64,000 nucleotides of DNA from Podarcis pityusensis. Its lineage: Eukaryota. A model generated the notes under the pieces. The model did not search any database, was not told where the DNA came from, and worked only from the letters and a program-made list of their open reading frames with translations. Made by a program: the position numbers and the translations under genes. Below, in pieces: positions 12,351 to 25,156 of the stretch (position 1 is its first letter; each line of letters opens with the position of its first letter). The DNA lies in the NCBI GenBank assembly GCA_964106645.2, contig OZ067043.1; one strand, 5' to 3'.

Positions 12351-12641
12351 CAACGCTTTAACCACTTTAAGCACATAGCTCATTTTCAGGCATGAAGGCA
12401 ATCAGTAGCAAGCAACATTCCTATAGGTGGCGGTGCAGTCTCTTGAACCTAAAGATAAATGCAACTGAATTTAAGGAAATGCTTATTTAACTTAAAAAAA
12501 CAAAGTTATTAGCCAAAAAGTAAAGTACAAGTCAGATGCTCTACATGCACTAGTGTCTGATCACAGGGTTGATGATTAGGGCAATTTTCATTTTGGCTAC
12601 AGGAAATTTTTCATGAACAACTCTTTGACGGTTTAAACATA

Positions 12642-12928
12642 CAGTGGTGCCCCGCAAGACGAATGCCTCGCAAGACGAAAAACTCGCTAGACGAAAGAGT
12701 TTTCCGTTTTTTGAGTCGTTCCACAAGACGAATTTCCCTATGGGCTTGCTTCGCAAGATGAAACGTCTTGCGAGTTTGTTTCCTTTTTCTTAAAGCCGCT
12801 AAGCCGTTAATAGCCGCTAAGCCGTTAATAGCCGCTAAGCCGCTAATAGCCGTGCTTCGCAAGACGAAAAAACCGCAAGACGAAGAGACTCGCGGACTGG
12901 ATTAATTTCGTCTTGCGAGGCACCACTG
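12642..12928. mobile_element. Tc1/mariner-superfamily (Tigger-like) MITE, young
   Basis: TA TSD, TIR CAGTGGTGCC(C/T)CGCAAGACGAA, intact CpGs, internal 18-bp tandem GCCGCTAAGCCGTTAATA x~3. Confidence 0.92.
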
Positions 12929-14241
12929 TACAAGTTGCACAGTCTCTCTGTTGCCATGCAAGGCCCAGAGAAAGAGTTTGAAGTAAAATTTGTCACTTGC
13001 CTTAATCCCTTTGTATATACATCCTTACCAAATTTGGACTTCAGAAAAAAGGTGTGAAAACATTTTTCTTTCTTTCTCCTCTTCCCCCTCCCAGTTCACA
13101 AGGAGACTTCACATTCCCAGAAATTAAGATGATACAAGATGGGATATTGATCAGTTAGGGGACATGTTTGTCTGTTAGACTAAATCTTAAAAGCAAGCAT
13201 GCAACATTCCATCACACTTAGGGTAAAGAAACAGAAACCAGGATATGGTTATGCAGGAAGGAGTATGGTTTATATACAGTATGTGTGGTGTCACTAGGGA
13301 GGAAATGTAAAGCACTGCATTTGAGTGGGGAGGGAAGATTAGAGCACCAACACATTGCTGGAGAAGAGAAGGGATTCAAGGGAATAGTTGGGGTAGTGTT
13401 CAGGGGAGAAAGCCAAGGGTGGTGGTGGGAGTGCCAGAGAGATGCAACAAAAGGGCAGGGGATAAAGAGAATGAGAACCAGGATGTATTGGATGGGCATA
13501 AAGAAGAGAGTCCTGGTAAGAGTTCTAGGTTGTGTTGAGGACAGGATAGAGCTGAGTTGAAGGGATGGGGAGAATGATGGAGGATGCAGCTAAAATCTCT
13601 CCCTTCCCCCCATGACATTTCACAGTCATTTGCTAGCTGGCAAAACACAGGGCATTTTTAATTTAGATCCATAACATCACAGATCTAGCTCCATCAACAA
13701 CTATTCTAGGGATGTTTCTGCAGTTGCCATTATATGCAATCAAGAAAAGAGACTTAGCATTTCAAAAGGATTCTAAAATGTCTCAAAATACCTGCTACTC
13801 CTAGATTTGTCAAGACTTGGATGCAAGCTTTTCCTGTGCCATGGATTCCTCAAGATGGCATTGGGAAAACAGTTACAGGGACATGAGAAGAGCCTTACAG
13901 AATCAGAACAAAGGCCTGCTAGTCCTTTAATGCTGTATATGGTTTAGGATGCAGATATTTGAAGTATTACAAGGTGAAGTTTACTAAATGGCATTGAACA
14001 GAAGTGTTAGTGGTAAAGAATGTATAGTTCATTGCCATCACCATTGCAAGGTACCTTTACATAGGTTTGTGGTTGGTCAGATTTGTCATGGGTTTTTCTC
14101 CGTTTGTGTTCATATTGTCTTCCCAACTGACTCATCACTACCAGCTAGTGAGATGACGTGTGTGAGTAACCATGTCTTCAGCATGAGATACTCCAGATTT
14201 TAAAGATCCACTACAGGAGCCTTCTTCCCAATGTTCTAGAT

Positions 14242-14353
14242 CAGGCATGTACAACAGGTCGATCGCAACTCTGGGCAATGACACTGGGTAGATCACTGTC
14301 AGTTTTTTTATACTGGGAGTAGATCGCAGTCTCTTGGGAGTTGGATATGCCTG
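14242..14353. mobile_element. 112-bp hAT MITE nested in a palindromic MITE
   Basis: Perfect TSD TTCTAGAT, TIR CAGGCATGTACAAC / GTTGGATATGCCTG. Confidence 0.88.
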
Positions 14354-14670
14354 TTCTAGATAACAATTCATATCATTCCTGACCATTGGTTGCTCTGGCC
14401 GGGGCTGTTTAGAGTTGGAGTCCAACAACAGCTGGAGGGCACCAGGTTGGGAAAGGCTGCTTTCACAGAACTTCCAGCCATGTTAGCTAGTAAGTCCTCC
14501 AGAGTTATCAGAAAATGATCAAGATCCATCAAAATCCAGTGTTTTATTTATCAATACCTTGATGGGAAACCACTGGAAATGTAATGAAAGCTGTTTGGGC
14601 AGCAGTTCACTTGTTTAAGAAATGCACATGAATAACATTGGAGAAGGGGCTGAAAATGTACCCTGCTTCT

Positions 14671-15049
14671 CAGTGGCATGCGGTGAACTCTTTTCATAGG
14701 GGACAGTTAGGGCCAGAAGCACCAGTATGTGAGGCCGATTCAGGGGGTCAATGTCCTGATGTGTGGGCATCACACCTTCCTCCTTAATCTGGGCAGAAGC
14801 TTCCTGGGCTTTGGAAAGGAAGCACCAGGCCTCTGACAGGATGCTGGAGCCCTGCTGCCTCATTCCCAAAGCTGGACAGGCTTTGAGAAGGTGGCTGGAG
14901 GGCCCTGCACCTCATCCGAGAATCACACCTCCCTCCCTAAGCTGGGCAGAAGCTTCCTGGACTTTGGGAAGGAGGCACTAGGCTTTAATAGTCTAATATA
15001 CCAAGAACATTTAGCCTAGTCCCCCTAGTCCATTGACCACACACCACTG
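14671..15049. mobile_element. hAT non-autonomous element with an internal ~60-bp direct repeat
   Basis: Perfect TSD CTGCTTCT, TIR CAGTGGCATGCGGTGAA / TTGACCACACACCACTG. Confidence 0.85.
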
Positions 15050-17029
15050 CTGCTTCTACTGACCCAGCGTTGAGAAGCAAGTCTGCTCCTGTATCTAGCC
15101 CAGTGCCTTCGTTTATATAGTTTCTTTCTGGATTCTGTTTCTTGGTCACTCTAAACATCTGCTGGAATGTTGTGAATTGGATTTTCTGCATATGCAGATG
15201 ATGAAATCTGAGACTAATTTCTACTCTTGAAAGTCAGGAATATTAAAATTAACATGAAGCTTATTGGATCCTTTCCGATTAACTTGTCTGAATCCTTTTA
15301 CAGACTGCCACATCTAATATGCATGTATTCAAGCTAGGCCTCTAGTGTCTCAGTGAAAAATCAACATGCACACAGGAATTTTTCTCCTACTACTACAGTA
15401 TCTTAATTTGTATGCCAAACTACAAAGCAGTGATAATTCAGGATGACTGCATAAATGCTGTTCTCTTGTTTGCATTCTGAAGCTCAGGAAACATAGCGAC
15501 AGGCCCACTCGGTTCCCTTCAAGCTATTTCAAATGCTTCATCAAGTGGGTGGGTGGGCTCCCGGCACAGTTCTTATTTTGGTTGCCTGTTTTGAACTCTA
15601 CTTGGTTCAGCCTTGCCCTTTCAGAAGTAATCCCTGCAGCTGTTAGAATTTACCAATTGGAATTTACTTTTGTAAGACCTCCAGTTTAGAGAAGGGACAA
15701 TGAGGAAGGGCTGGCTGGCTGGGAAGTGTCTGCTGTTATTTTAATTTCCCTAGCCGCCTGCCTTAACTACCTGCTTTGTTGTGCATATCTTTGTGTTGCC
15801 AGGGAGGTTCTACACCCCTAGCACAGACATAATCACTGCAGCTTCTGTAACAAATGAGTCCATGTATGTCCCTGTTGTTATAAAAAGCAAAACAGTAGTT
15901 ATTGAATACTGTTGTGGGAAACATACTTCAGGCTCATTGTGAAGATTGCATTGACGGGCACCTTTGACGTTGCTCTCTGGCTGAGACAACAATACTTTGA
16001 CTTACTTCCGTTTTTTTAGATGTGTAGCCTGCCTCATACCAAATGCTCAGGGCAAATAACAGTATTTGTGTTTTAAATAGTTCAGATATTGTTACTTGCT
16101 AGAATTATTTCTACAAGGCATTGGGTATAGCAGAAAAAGTGAAGAAAATCTATTGAACACAGTGGTAGACAAGTGATAACCTGCCTCACTGCCCTACTTC
16201 ATCCTGTCTTAGGGTATTTTGAGACAGGTTTAGCCTTTCATTGGTTCTAATTAATGCAAGGCTCATTGGTGTGTGACCCACACCAGTTCCTTAGGGATGC
16301 TGCATGGAGTATGTGTGTATCAGAAGTATCAATAATCTATAAAGAAACATTGACTAAGAAATTATCTGATGCTGAATGCATAGATCTTTAGAGGGCCAAG
16401 ATAAACAAGGAATTCTCCTTTACACAAACACCTTCATGACTGAGATAGTTTGTATTAAAACTATTTTACCCTACCTAAAGACCCCCCCAAGCTTACGACT
16501 CTTGGAAGCTGAAATTATTTCAGGAAAAGTCCAAAATGGAAGCAAAAGCTAATCTGAAAGGAAACAGTAAGAAGTGCCTGCAAATTTCTTTGTTGTGTTT
16601 AGTTTTATGATGTCTGAGTTCCACTGCTAAAAAAGTAGATGCCCACATTGCTTATTTTTAAAGAGGGTATTCTGAATTTTGCTGGATGTGGGAGAAAAAC
16701 AAAACAAAAAACTGTATATCTGCACTACTGTGATTCACATATGGCAGCAGCTGGCATGTAAGTCTCAAGCTGTTTTCTGTCCAGAAGATACACTTGATTG
16801 CTGGCATGTTGCACTGCCTTAACTGATTGGAATGAAATGCTTTACCTGCTGTTTCTACTTTCTTTAATTGGTACCAAGGGGAGTAGGTGAGAATCTCTTA
16901 CCCAGGGGAGAACTTCTGGTGGAACCAGTACTGCCTTATTAGAATGCATTGGGGTGGCAGTTTTGATATTGGCTTTGCAGATACATAAGCTGGCTGGGTG
17001 ACAGATTAGTCTGAATATCATTTATTATA

Positions 17030-17256
17030 CAGTGGTACCTTGGGTTACAAAGGCTTTGGGTTACAAACCCTTCGGGTTACAAACTCCACTAACCTGGAAG
17101 TAGTACCTCGGGTTGCAAACTTTGCCCCAGGATGAGAACGGAAATCGTGTGGCAGCAGGAGGCCCCATTAGCGAAAGCGCGCCTCAGGTTAAAAATGGTT
17201 TTGGGTTAAGAACGGACCTCCGGAATGAATTAAGTTTGTAACCCGAGGTACCACTG
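17030..17256. mobile_element. Tigger-like MITE (CAGTGGTACCTCGGGTTAC family)
   Basis: TA TSD and TIRs. Same family as 22277-22537. Confidence 0.92.
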
Positions 17257-17576
17257 TATTTCAAAGTACTGTAATTCACTAAACAGAACCTTTGCTTACC
17301 TTTGAAGTGTCACAAAAACCCACCAAGGAGTCCCAGAATGAAAAGTTGTAATACTTTTCTGTTGTTGTTAATTCTGATGGTTGTTTTGATGACTTTCATC
17401 CTCTTTTGTGTGACAGCCCATTTTTGGTAATACAAGTGGATCCTCTTGGGTGCATGTGATGCAACCATGTTTTTTCATGCAGATGCTTCTTTTTCTTCAT
17501 AAAAAAGCTAACTTAAAGCTGGGGAATCTGAGGAAACCTGGCTCCGCATGATTGTAAAAATGTGATTGCTTTGCAG

Positions 17577-17678
17577 GAATTTGCAACACTGACTAGGGAA
17601 CTCAATGCATGCCGAGAGCAGCTGTTGGAAAGGGAAGAGGAAATATCTGAACTGAAAGCAGAGCGTAATAATACAAGG
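17577..17678 (+). CDS. PPFIA4: coding exon 2 (EFATLTRE...NNTR)
   Basis: ttgcag| ... AGG|gtgagt, 102 nt. Confidence 0.96.
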
Positions 17679-18487
17679 GTGAGTAGAGAAGCCCAGTTGG
17701 CTGCCTGGTTTGAAAGAAACACCCCCTCCACCTTCAAAGGGAGCATTTTTTAAAACAATCAAGCTGTGTATAAATTTTATGAAACAAACACAAATAGATA
17801 AAAATACTTGGTTTGACCTAGGCTCAAGGTATGCCAGTTCAAGTTGTCAAGTTGTATCCAGTTTGCCCTCTCAATAAGGTTTAACAGGATAGAAGGCTTT
17901 TTTTATGGAATTTCCCACCCAGTGAATAGAGTTTGATAGGAGACTTGTATTCTTGATTGAATGGGGAGGGTTTAGCATAATCTCTGTAAAATCCAATTTA
18001 ATTTCTATAGAATGTTGCTGTTTTTTTATTCTTATTCCAGTACAGCTTATGTTTATGCCTGCAGAGACCATTCAGTCCTCTGTCACAACTATCTTTGCCC
18101 TACATCTCAACAATCCTGAGCCTCCAGGTGTGCTAAGAAACCTCAACCTGCAGCATCCCCATTACTAGTGTGCAGATTTAAACTTGCCCCTTCTAGGGAA
18201 ATAGCTTTGTGTACACTTCCAGAATTTGCCTGTTACTGGACCATTTCTGCATAGCACCCACCCTTTACTGTTCAGATGCTTTTTCTGGCATGCTCTTGAA
18301 CTGCTGCAGAAATCAAGTTTTGTGATAGCCCTAGGTCTGGGATTATAAGGGAAGGGCAAATCCTTGACTGGCAAAAAGCCCCTGCTGATTGCTATATTCG
18401 ACTATTTTTGCCTGCTGAACCCACATCTCACTGCATCACCTTTTTTTTTTGGAACAAATGTGAACATCACTGATTAGATTCTTGAAG

Positions 18488-18512
18488 CAGGTAGGTAGCC
18501 GTGTTGGTCTGA

Positions 18513-18548
<36 letters not shown>

Positions 18549-18646
18549 GTCCAGTAGCACTTTAGAGACCAACTAAGTTTGTTCTTGGGAAAGTGTGCAT
18601 GCACTCGAAAGCTTATACCAAGTTGGTCTCTAAGGTGCTACTGGCC
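18488..18646. mobile_element. short palindromic repeat fragment, possibly Penelope-like, containing a (TA)n tract at 18516-18545
   Basis: CCAGTAGCACTTTAGAGACCAACT ... AGTTGGTCTCTAAGGTGCTACTGG inverted arms. Family assignment is from memory. Confidence 0.5.
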
Positions 18647-18652
18647 TATACA

Positions 18653-18653
<1 letters not shown>

Positions 18654-18684
<31 letters not shown>
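18654..18684. repeat. (AC)n microsatellite
   Basis: pure AC run. Confidence 0.95.
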
Positions 18685-18685
<1 letters not shown>

Positions 18686-19288
18686 TCTTGAAAGAAGAAG
18701 TTGGTTATCTGTAAGCCAGTAGGTATTGTATGCATCTACCACATAACATTTATTAATTTAGCTGTAGTAATCCAAGACATGGAATCTTACTCATCGGACA
18801 CTGGCAGAAATAATGTTTTGTTACTTAACAAAGTGATCTATGTAACATATTTTGTATGCTGATATTCTTTAATGACATACATCACACTTGTTCCGAATGT
18901 ACATCATTAGTTTAGTTTAAAGCAGCTTGCTGCTGATGTTAGCAGGAGATAGCTGTTTTTAAGAGAAATGAAAATGACTTGAGAATGCATTGCTTCCTAT
19001 GATGTGTACATACATATTTTGGTTCAACTTTTGCTTGTGGTACAACAGGGTGTTTTTTATTATTATTACAAAAACCTGATTATCTGAGGCAAAAGTGACA
19101 AGGGAGTCTCTTTCAAAATGCTTTCAGCTCTGAAAAAAAAAGTCATTTGTGTCATCATAGTTTTGTTTGAGCAATGTGTTTATGAGTGCTTTTTGTTAGA
19201 GATCCTGGCAAAGTTATTTCAAGTCATGCTCATGGCAGAAATTGCCTGCTAGTAAAACTTGGCTACTTTTTTTTGGGTTACACTCTAA

Positions 19289-19588
<300 letters not shown>

Positions 19589-20245
19589 TAGCTTCAGCAA
19601 AACCAGCTATTTATAACCCACGACCTTTAAGTTCCTGGTCTCTAATGGCCCAAAGTATTGCTTTTGGTCAGTGCTATCCTGCAGATCTCTCATCAACTTT
19701 CTGGTTATGAGTAATTTCCAGCCTGAGCCAATCATTTGCCCTTTGAAGAATGGTCCCAAAAATTACTGTTTTGTATCCTAGAAATATGTTAGCAGGATTG
19801 AATCTGTGCCAGTGCTCCTTTGAAGGAGTATTCCGGCCTTCCACTCTCCCAACCCCAGTTCAGCTCTACACCCAGTGATATTGTTATATGGTGTTAGTGT
19901 AGTAGCTCTTCCAGGTCAGGCAGATCTCTGCTGAGATCCTTTTACGTTTATTCTAATTGGCAGGTTAACTCAAGATTCCAGGCTTTAGCCCGCTTCATCA
20001 TACCTAGTGTTTCTTGTTGCTTGCAAATCTAGCTGAGATGCCGGGCTTCTGGAGCCATGTACTGTTCTTTTGTGTCCTTTCTCATGATGAGGGGAGTGTG
20101 GCTTAATTGAATTATCTGTGTTATGAACTAGATTTCCTGATGGTTGGGAGCAGGGGTGGTGGTGGTAGGCTACGAAGCTGCCTGAAGCATCCCTAAGGGC
20201 TATGTGTCAACTCTGCCTTTGAAAATATATATATTTTCCTTTCAG

Positions 20246-20320
20246 GTGAGAGAGCGCTTACGGGCAGCACTGGAACGAGTAGCTACACTAGAAGAACAGC
20301 TTTCTAGTGCTCACCAACAG
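20246..20320 (+). CDS. PPFIA4: coding exon 4 (VRERLRAALERVATLEEQLSSAHQQ)
   Basis: ttcag| ... CAG|gtaaat, 75 nt. Confidence 0.95.
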
Positions 20321-21233
20321 GTAAATATTGGGTTTTAGATTGTACTGTGGATTTCACTGAGGTTAAATCAAAGAAACTAAGACTGTTGATTGCAGAAAAA
20401 AATGTATCTGCAGCACTATGTGACATGCAATCTTTATATTTTTGTTTCAGTTGTTGGACTTGTGACACAAACTCCTGTATATTTCTCTTATTTTCTTTAG
20501 ACAAGAATCCCTTTTTAAATACTCCTCTAAAGCTATTTTATACTGATCTAAGGAATTTTGGTAACAACCAAGGTAAACTTGAAGCTATTGTTATGAGAGA
20601 TAATTAAAATAATTGTGGAAAGCTACCCAGGCTACATGGGGTTTCATAAATGGAAAAAAACAAAAAATGTACAGGAAGGGAGAGGAAGGACCAGTTGCTA
20701 AGAAGCACACATTGCAGCAGCAAACTTATGTCAAGAGAATATTGCAAAGGGAGAGAAAAAACCAGAATAATTGCGGTAATGTGACTAGGTAGCAAAAAGA
20801 AAAAAATATGTTACAAAATTAAAGGTGAAAGGAAGATACAGGATACACCCCTGCATGTCACAGACCTGATCAGCTCATACCTCACGGCTTCTACTTGAAA
20901 AACAATAATTGGACACATTAAATGTATTCATGCTTTTACAATATTGTGTGGTTGGGCCCTTACTTTCCAGGCTGGTCTTACACAAAAAGAAGTCAAATTA
21001 CCTGTTAAAGTGCCAGTTACCTATGCTCCCACACTAAGTTATTGAATCACTTTGCATAGTAAAAATCCTGGCTTTTACAGAACTCTCCTTCATAAGCGTG
21101 TGCAATGACAGCTTCTTAACAGTGACAGCAACAATAGAAGGTGGACAAGAAGCTCTCTGCATGTTCTGCATTCTTATTTTTCACACTTAAGGAAACCTTA
21201 AGTACAAGTGTATATTTAAAATGTATTTTGCAG

Positions 21234-21335
21234 GTAAGTGCTCTTCAGCAAGGCCCCTCCCAGAGGGAAGCACCTGTAGGAGAAGATGATAAAAGGACTG
21301 AGGGAAAAGAATCTGGGCAGAAGCTACTTTGGAAG
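21234..21335 (+). CDS. PPFIA4: coding exon 5 (VSALQQG...KLLWK)
   Basis: ttgcag| ... AAG|gtgaga, 102 nt. Matches the recalled human VSALQQG...RLWK. Confidence 0.9.
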
Positions 21336-21739
21336 GTGAGAGTCATCTTTCTTGGAAGTGGAGAGTATCTAATATAATATTGAAGTACTATGTGTTTACA
21401 GCTGTGGGTCATTCAATCGAAGGTACAAAATGGGAACCCTTTGCTTACTGATAAATTTTATCTTCCCTTACTATTTTTAAACTCTGCAATAATAGGCCTG
21501 TTGAATAAATGTCCAGTGGCACGTTACAGCTACCTCAAAATGCCTCCTTTTCAGAAAAGACCAGTGTTACAGTAGCAATCTAGCATCTCTTGCATACTGT
21601 TAGAAAGAAGAAAAACTGATAGTTCATTTGGTGAGCTAATTTATTGAAATGTCGCTCAGCGGCATTTGTTTGGTATTGTGCTTGACTGGGTAGTTCATAT
21701 TCCTTGGAAACATAGTTCTTTGTTATATGACTTTCACAG

Positions 21740-21961
21740 AGACTTCCTAATGGCTCTATACATCCAGATGATGAGGCAAGCCGGACTGTGGAACTGCAGG
21801 AACTTCTAGAGAAGCAAAACTTTGAGGTAGCGCAAGCTAAAGAACGAATAGCTGCTTTGGCTGCCAGTGTTGCTGAGCTAGAAGAAGATCTAAGTACAGC
21901 CAGGAGGGACCTAATCAAATCAGAAGAAATGAGCGGCAAGTACCAGAGGGACCTAAGAGAG
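21740..21961 (+). CDS. PPFIA4: coding exon 6 (RLPNGSIH...QRDLRE)
   Basis: tcacag| ... GAG|gtgaga, 222 nt. Confidence 0.92.
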
Positions 21962-22276
21962 GTGAGAGAGTTCTGTTCCAGCAGCATAAACTATGTTACC
22001 GAGAGAATCTCTGAAGCAACTTTAAAAGCCATCTTATTTTTTCCAGGTGTAGCAAAAATAAAATAGTCTGAGCATCTGCTTGCAGAAAGTTATTGCTGTT
22101 TCTAGCAGTGAGCTTAGTTATTCAGTGTCAAAGTAAGAAAAAATTGATCATAACAAGAGATTTGCAACCCTGCCTCCTCTCAGTTTGCCCAGATAAATAA
22201 TTGGGCTTTCAGAGTTCTAGTAGAATACTTTGGGGTGGGGTGGGGACACCAGTTTTTCAGGTGTTCCCTGTGAGTA

Positions 22277-22537
22277 CAGTGGTACCTCGGGTTACATACG
22301 CTTCAGGTTACAGACTCTGCTAACCCAGAAATAATACCTCGAGTTAAGAACTTTGCTTCAGGATGAGAACAGAAATCGTGCGGCGGCGGCAGCGGCGCAG
22401 CAGCAGCAGCAGCAGCAGCAGGAGGCCCCATTAGCTAAAGTGGTGCTTCAGGTTAAGAACAGTTTCAGGTTAAGAACAGTTTCAGGTTAAGAAAGGACCT
22501 CCGGAACGAATTAAGTATGTAACCAGAGGTACCACTG
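22277..22537. mobile_element. Tigger-like MITE with internal (GCA)n
   Basis: TA TSD, TIR CAGTGGTACCTC(G/T)GGTTACATAC. Confidence 0.92.
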
Positions 22538-23063
22538 TACTCTAAAAGTACAGTTACCATTTTCCTGCCACTTTCCCTTCCCTGCCAGCTCTCTACTTCA
22601 TCAAGCCAAAAACCCTGGGGAAGAGAAAGACATGACAGTGAGAGGGTTCTCAACAACACAGGAAAGGCCTTGTGGCTGCAAATGGTGCATAGAGCATTAT
22701 TTCTTGCAATCATGAGGTTTGACTGTGGTGGGAGCCTCCACCACCATTTGCCTTGTCTTGTCCCTCAAGTTATGGTTGTTTTGAGGGGCAAAGATGGATG
22801 AGGCTGTTGGGCAGGGCTGGAGAGTGGTGGAGGCAAGTGTGAGCCCAACTTTCATTTGGAATCAGCTTAAATGGTTCCAATACAACCTTTCAAAATGGGG
22901 CCAGCTTATTAATGCGGAGAGAGTTTGCATTTTGAGCTTCAGTGTAGTACCTCAATAGGCATAACAAGCCCTTCTCATGCTGTGGTTCAGGCATATTTTT
23001 CTATCATCATGAGGGCCATACAACCACAAAGTTCGTGACTTTCTTCATGGCTCATCCTACCAG

Positions 23064-23210
23064 GCTTTGGCACAGAAAGAAGACATGGAGGAGAGGATCA
23101 CCACCTTGGAGAAGCGCTATTTGGCAGCCCAAAGAGAAGCCACCTCTATTCATGACCTCAATGATAAACTAGAGAATGAGCTGGCCAATAAAGAGTCTCT
23201 CCATCGCCAG
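23064..23210 (+). CDS. PPFIA4: coding exon 7 ([10 protein letters not shown]...SLHRQ)
   Basis: accag| ... CAG|gtaaca, 147 nt. Confidence 0.96.
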
Positions 23211-23479
23211 GTAACAGGCACTAATGGCATGCCATCCGAAAAGCCAGCTTCCTTCCTCTGAGTCAAGGGCATGTGTGGCTACAGTCATAGGTACTTCAAG
23301 ACCCTCCTTTGACACTCTTGAACTTATATATATAAGTTTTAATTTTTTGATGATTTTAACACTGATCAACCACAAGTAGGTATCAGCATGGTGTACAGTA
23401 TAAGGCCAAAAAGGTCATACAACCAAAAGTGCAACCATGAAATGAAAAACAATAAAATACAGTCAAAATACACAAATAA

Positions 23480-23945
23480 AATGCCTGGGGAAACAGAAAC
23501 GTTTTCACTTGACACCAATAAGTTTGCACCAGTTGTATCTCTGTGTTGAGGGTGCCACAGTTGGGGTGCCATGATGGAAAAGGCTTAGCTTGGTTGACAC
23601 ACTTGTGTGTAGAAAGTACTTTAAGAAGATCTTAAGATACAGGCAAGCTATATAGGAAGAAATAGTCAAGCTACCCAGCTTCCAATCCTTTTAAAGTTTT
23701 AAAGATTAAAACCAACACATTTATTTGAGGCAAGAAGCAAATAGGCAGCCCAAGTTGTTCTCTTGGAATTGGTGCAATAGCATCCCCTTAGTCAATGCCC
23801 ATTAACATTCTGGCAAGCACATTCTGCACTAGTTGAAGCTTTGGTCATCTTTAAGGACAGCCCCCATGTACAACTTGTTACAGTAAGCCTGTGAGTAACT
23901 TACTAGAGTATGGACTACTGTAACCAGACTATTCCTGTCCAGGAA
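23480..23945 (-). mobile_element. old L2-like LINE fragment
   Basis: Degenerate similarity to the L2-like copies at 51.6 and 61 kb. Confidence 0.45.
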
Positions 23946-24013
23946 CGGATGGTGGCTGAAGCTGTGTTTGGTCACCCCCTTTTTCATGACTGCCATTCTG
24001 CATTGTTCTACAG

Positions 24014-24148
24014 TGTGAGGAGAAAGCACGACATCTCCAGGAGCTTCTTGAACTGGCAGAGCAGAAACTGCAGCAGACAATGAGGAAAGCTGAGACACTG
24101 CCTGAGGTGGAAGCTGAGCTGGCCCAAAGGATAGCAGCACTCACCAAG
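24014..24148 (+). CDS. PPFIA4: coding exon 8 (CEEKARH...AALTK)
   Basis: ctacag| ... AAG|gtaagt, 135 nt. Confidence 0.96.
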
Positions 24149-25072
24149 GTAAGTACACAGCCAGAAGCTGGCTTCAAAGCCCAGGGTACAGAAAGAGTTT
24201 AGTGTTTCTCCAGAATTTTAGAACTTTCCTGGAATGGAGGAGAAAGGTGGAAGAAAGAGGAGCTTTTTAATTCATGTTACAAGTATTACTTTTTCCTTTC
24301 TGCTCTGTATTGTCTCTTCTGCAGTAGCTGGCTATCATGAGCCACCTCTTTGGATGGTGACCTCTCCTAAGGAGGGTTTTGTTTGTTTGTTTTTAAATGA
24401 TGCTCTAGCAGGTCATGCTGCATTTTTCATAGGTATGTTTTAGGCACCCAGAATCTGAAGGCAGGGCTTGCTTCTCAAGAATGACCTAAAGTGCATTCTT
24501 TTCAACCAAGAAGCCAAGCACTGCATTGGGCTAGGCAAGCTTGGAACAAGGGTTTGAGGTCCATTTACCATTCCTGAGTCTTTTACCTCAGATATTTCTA
24601 CCTTCATACAGGCATTAAAAAAATGGGACAGGAGCACAAATCTCTGTTAAACTAATTGTGCAGCTGTTTAATGAAATAGGCATTGCGAGGAGTGAGATGG
24701 ACCAGGAAGTTGCTGTGACGTTTGTACAGCCAGATTCAGAAGGCCCATATGGCACTTCCTCAAGCTTAGCTTGATGCAAGGTTATTTTAGAGCTGAGCTC
24801 ATTAAGAATCTCCAGTGTATTAATGTGCTAGTGCCTGAGAGAGACCTTTCCCAGAATCCCTCAGCTTATGTTTAACACCCACCCAAATATCTCATGAGAA
24901 CAAATCCACCATGGTCACATTCCTATATTTTTGGGTAGTACTGCGCTCTGCCTGATTGCTGTGTCAGTATGTTCTTATGTAAGAACAGGTATCTCTTATC
25001 CCCGCTCCCTATCCTAATTCCCAGAGCTTGTAAGAATTGCTCATTCCTTTGAGACTGTCTTGGTCTGTGTAG

Positions 25073-25156
25073 GCAGAAGAAAGGCATGGCAGTATTGAAG
25101 AGCGACTGCGGCAGCTGGAGACTCAGTTGGAGGAGAAGAACCAAGAACTAGCAAGG
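25073..25156 (+). CDS. PPFIA4: coding exon 9 (AEERHGS...QELAR)
   Basis: gtgtag| ... AGG|gtaggt, 84 nt. Confidence 0.95.

Noticed and set aside
21580-21987. Antisense ORFs over exons (also 23929-24177 and 39540-39776) and other 60-160 aa ORFs
   Set aside because: These are shadows of coding exons, transposon fragments or chance ORFs, with no independent gene structure.
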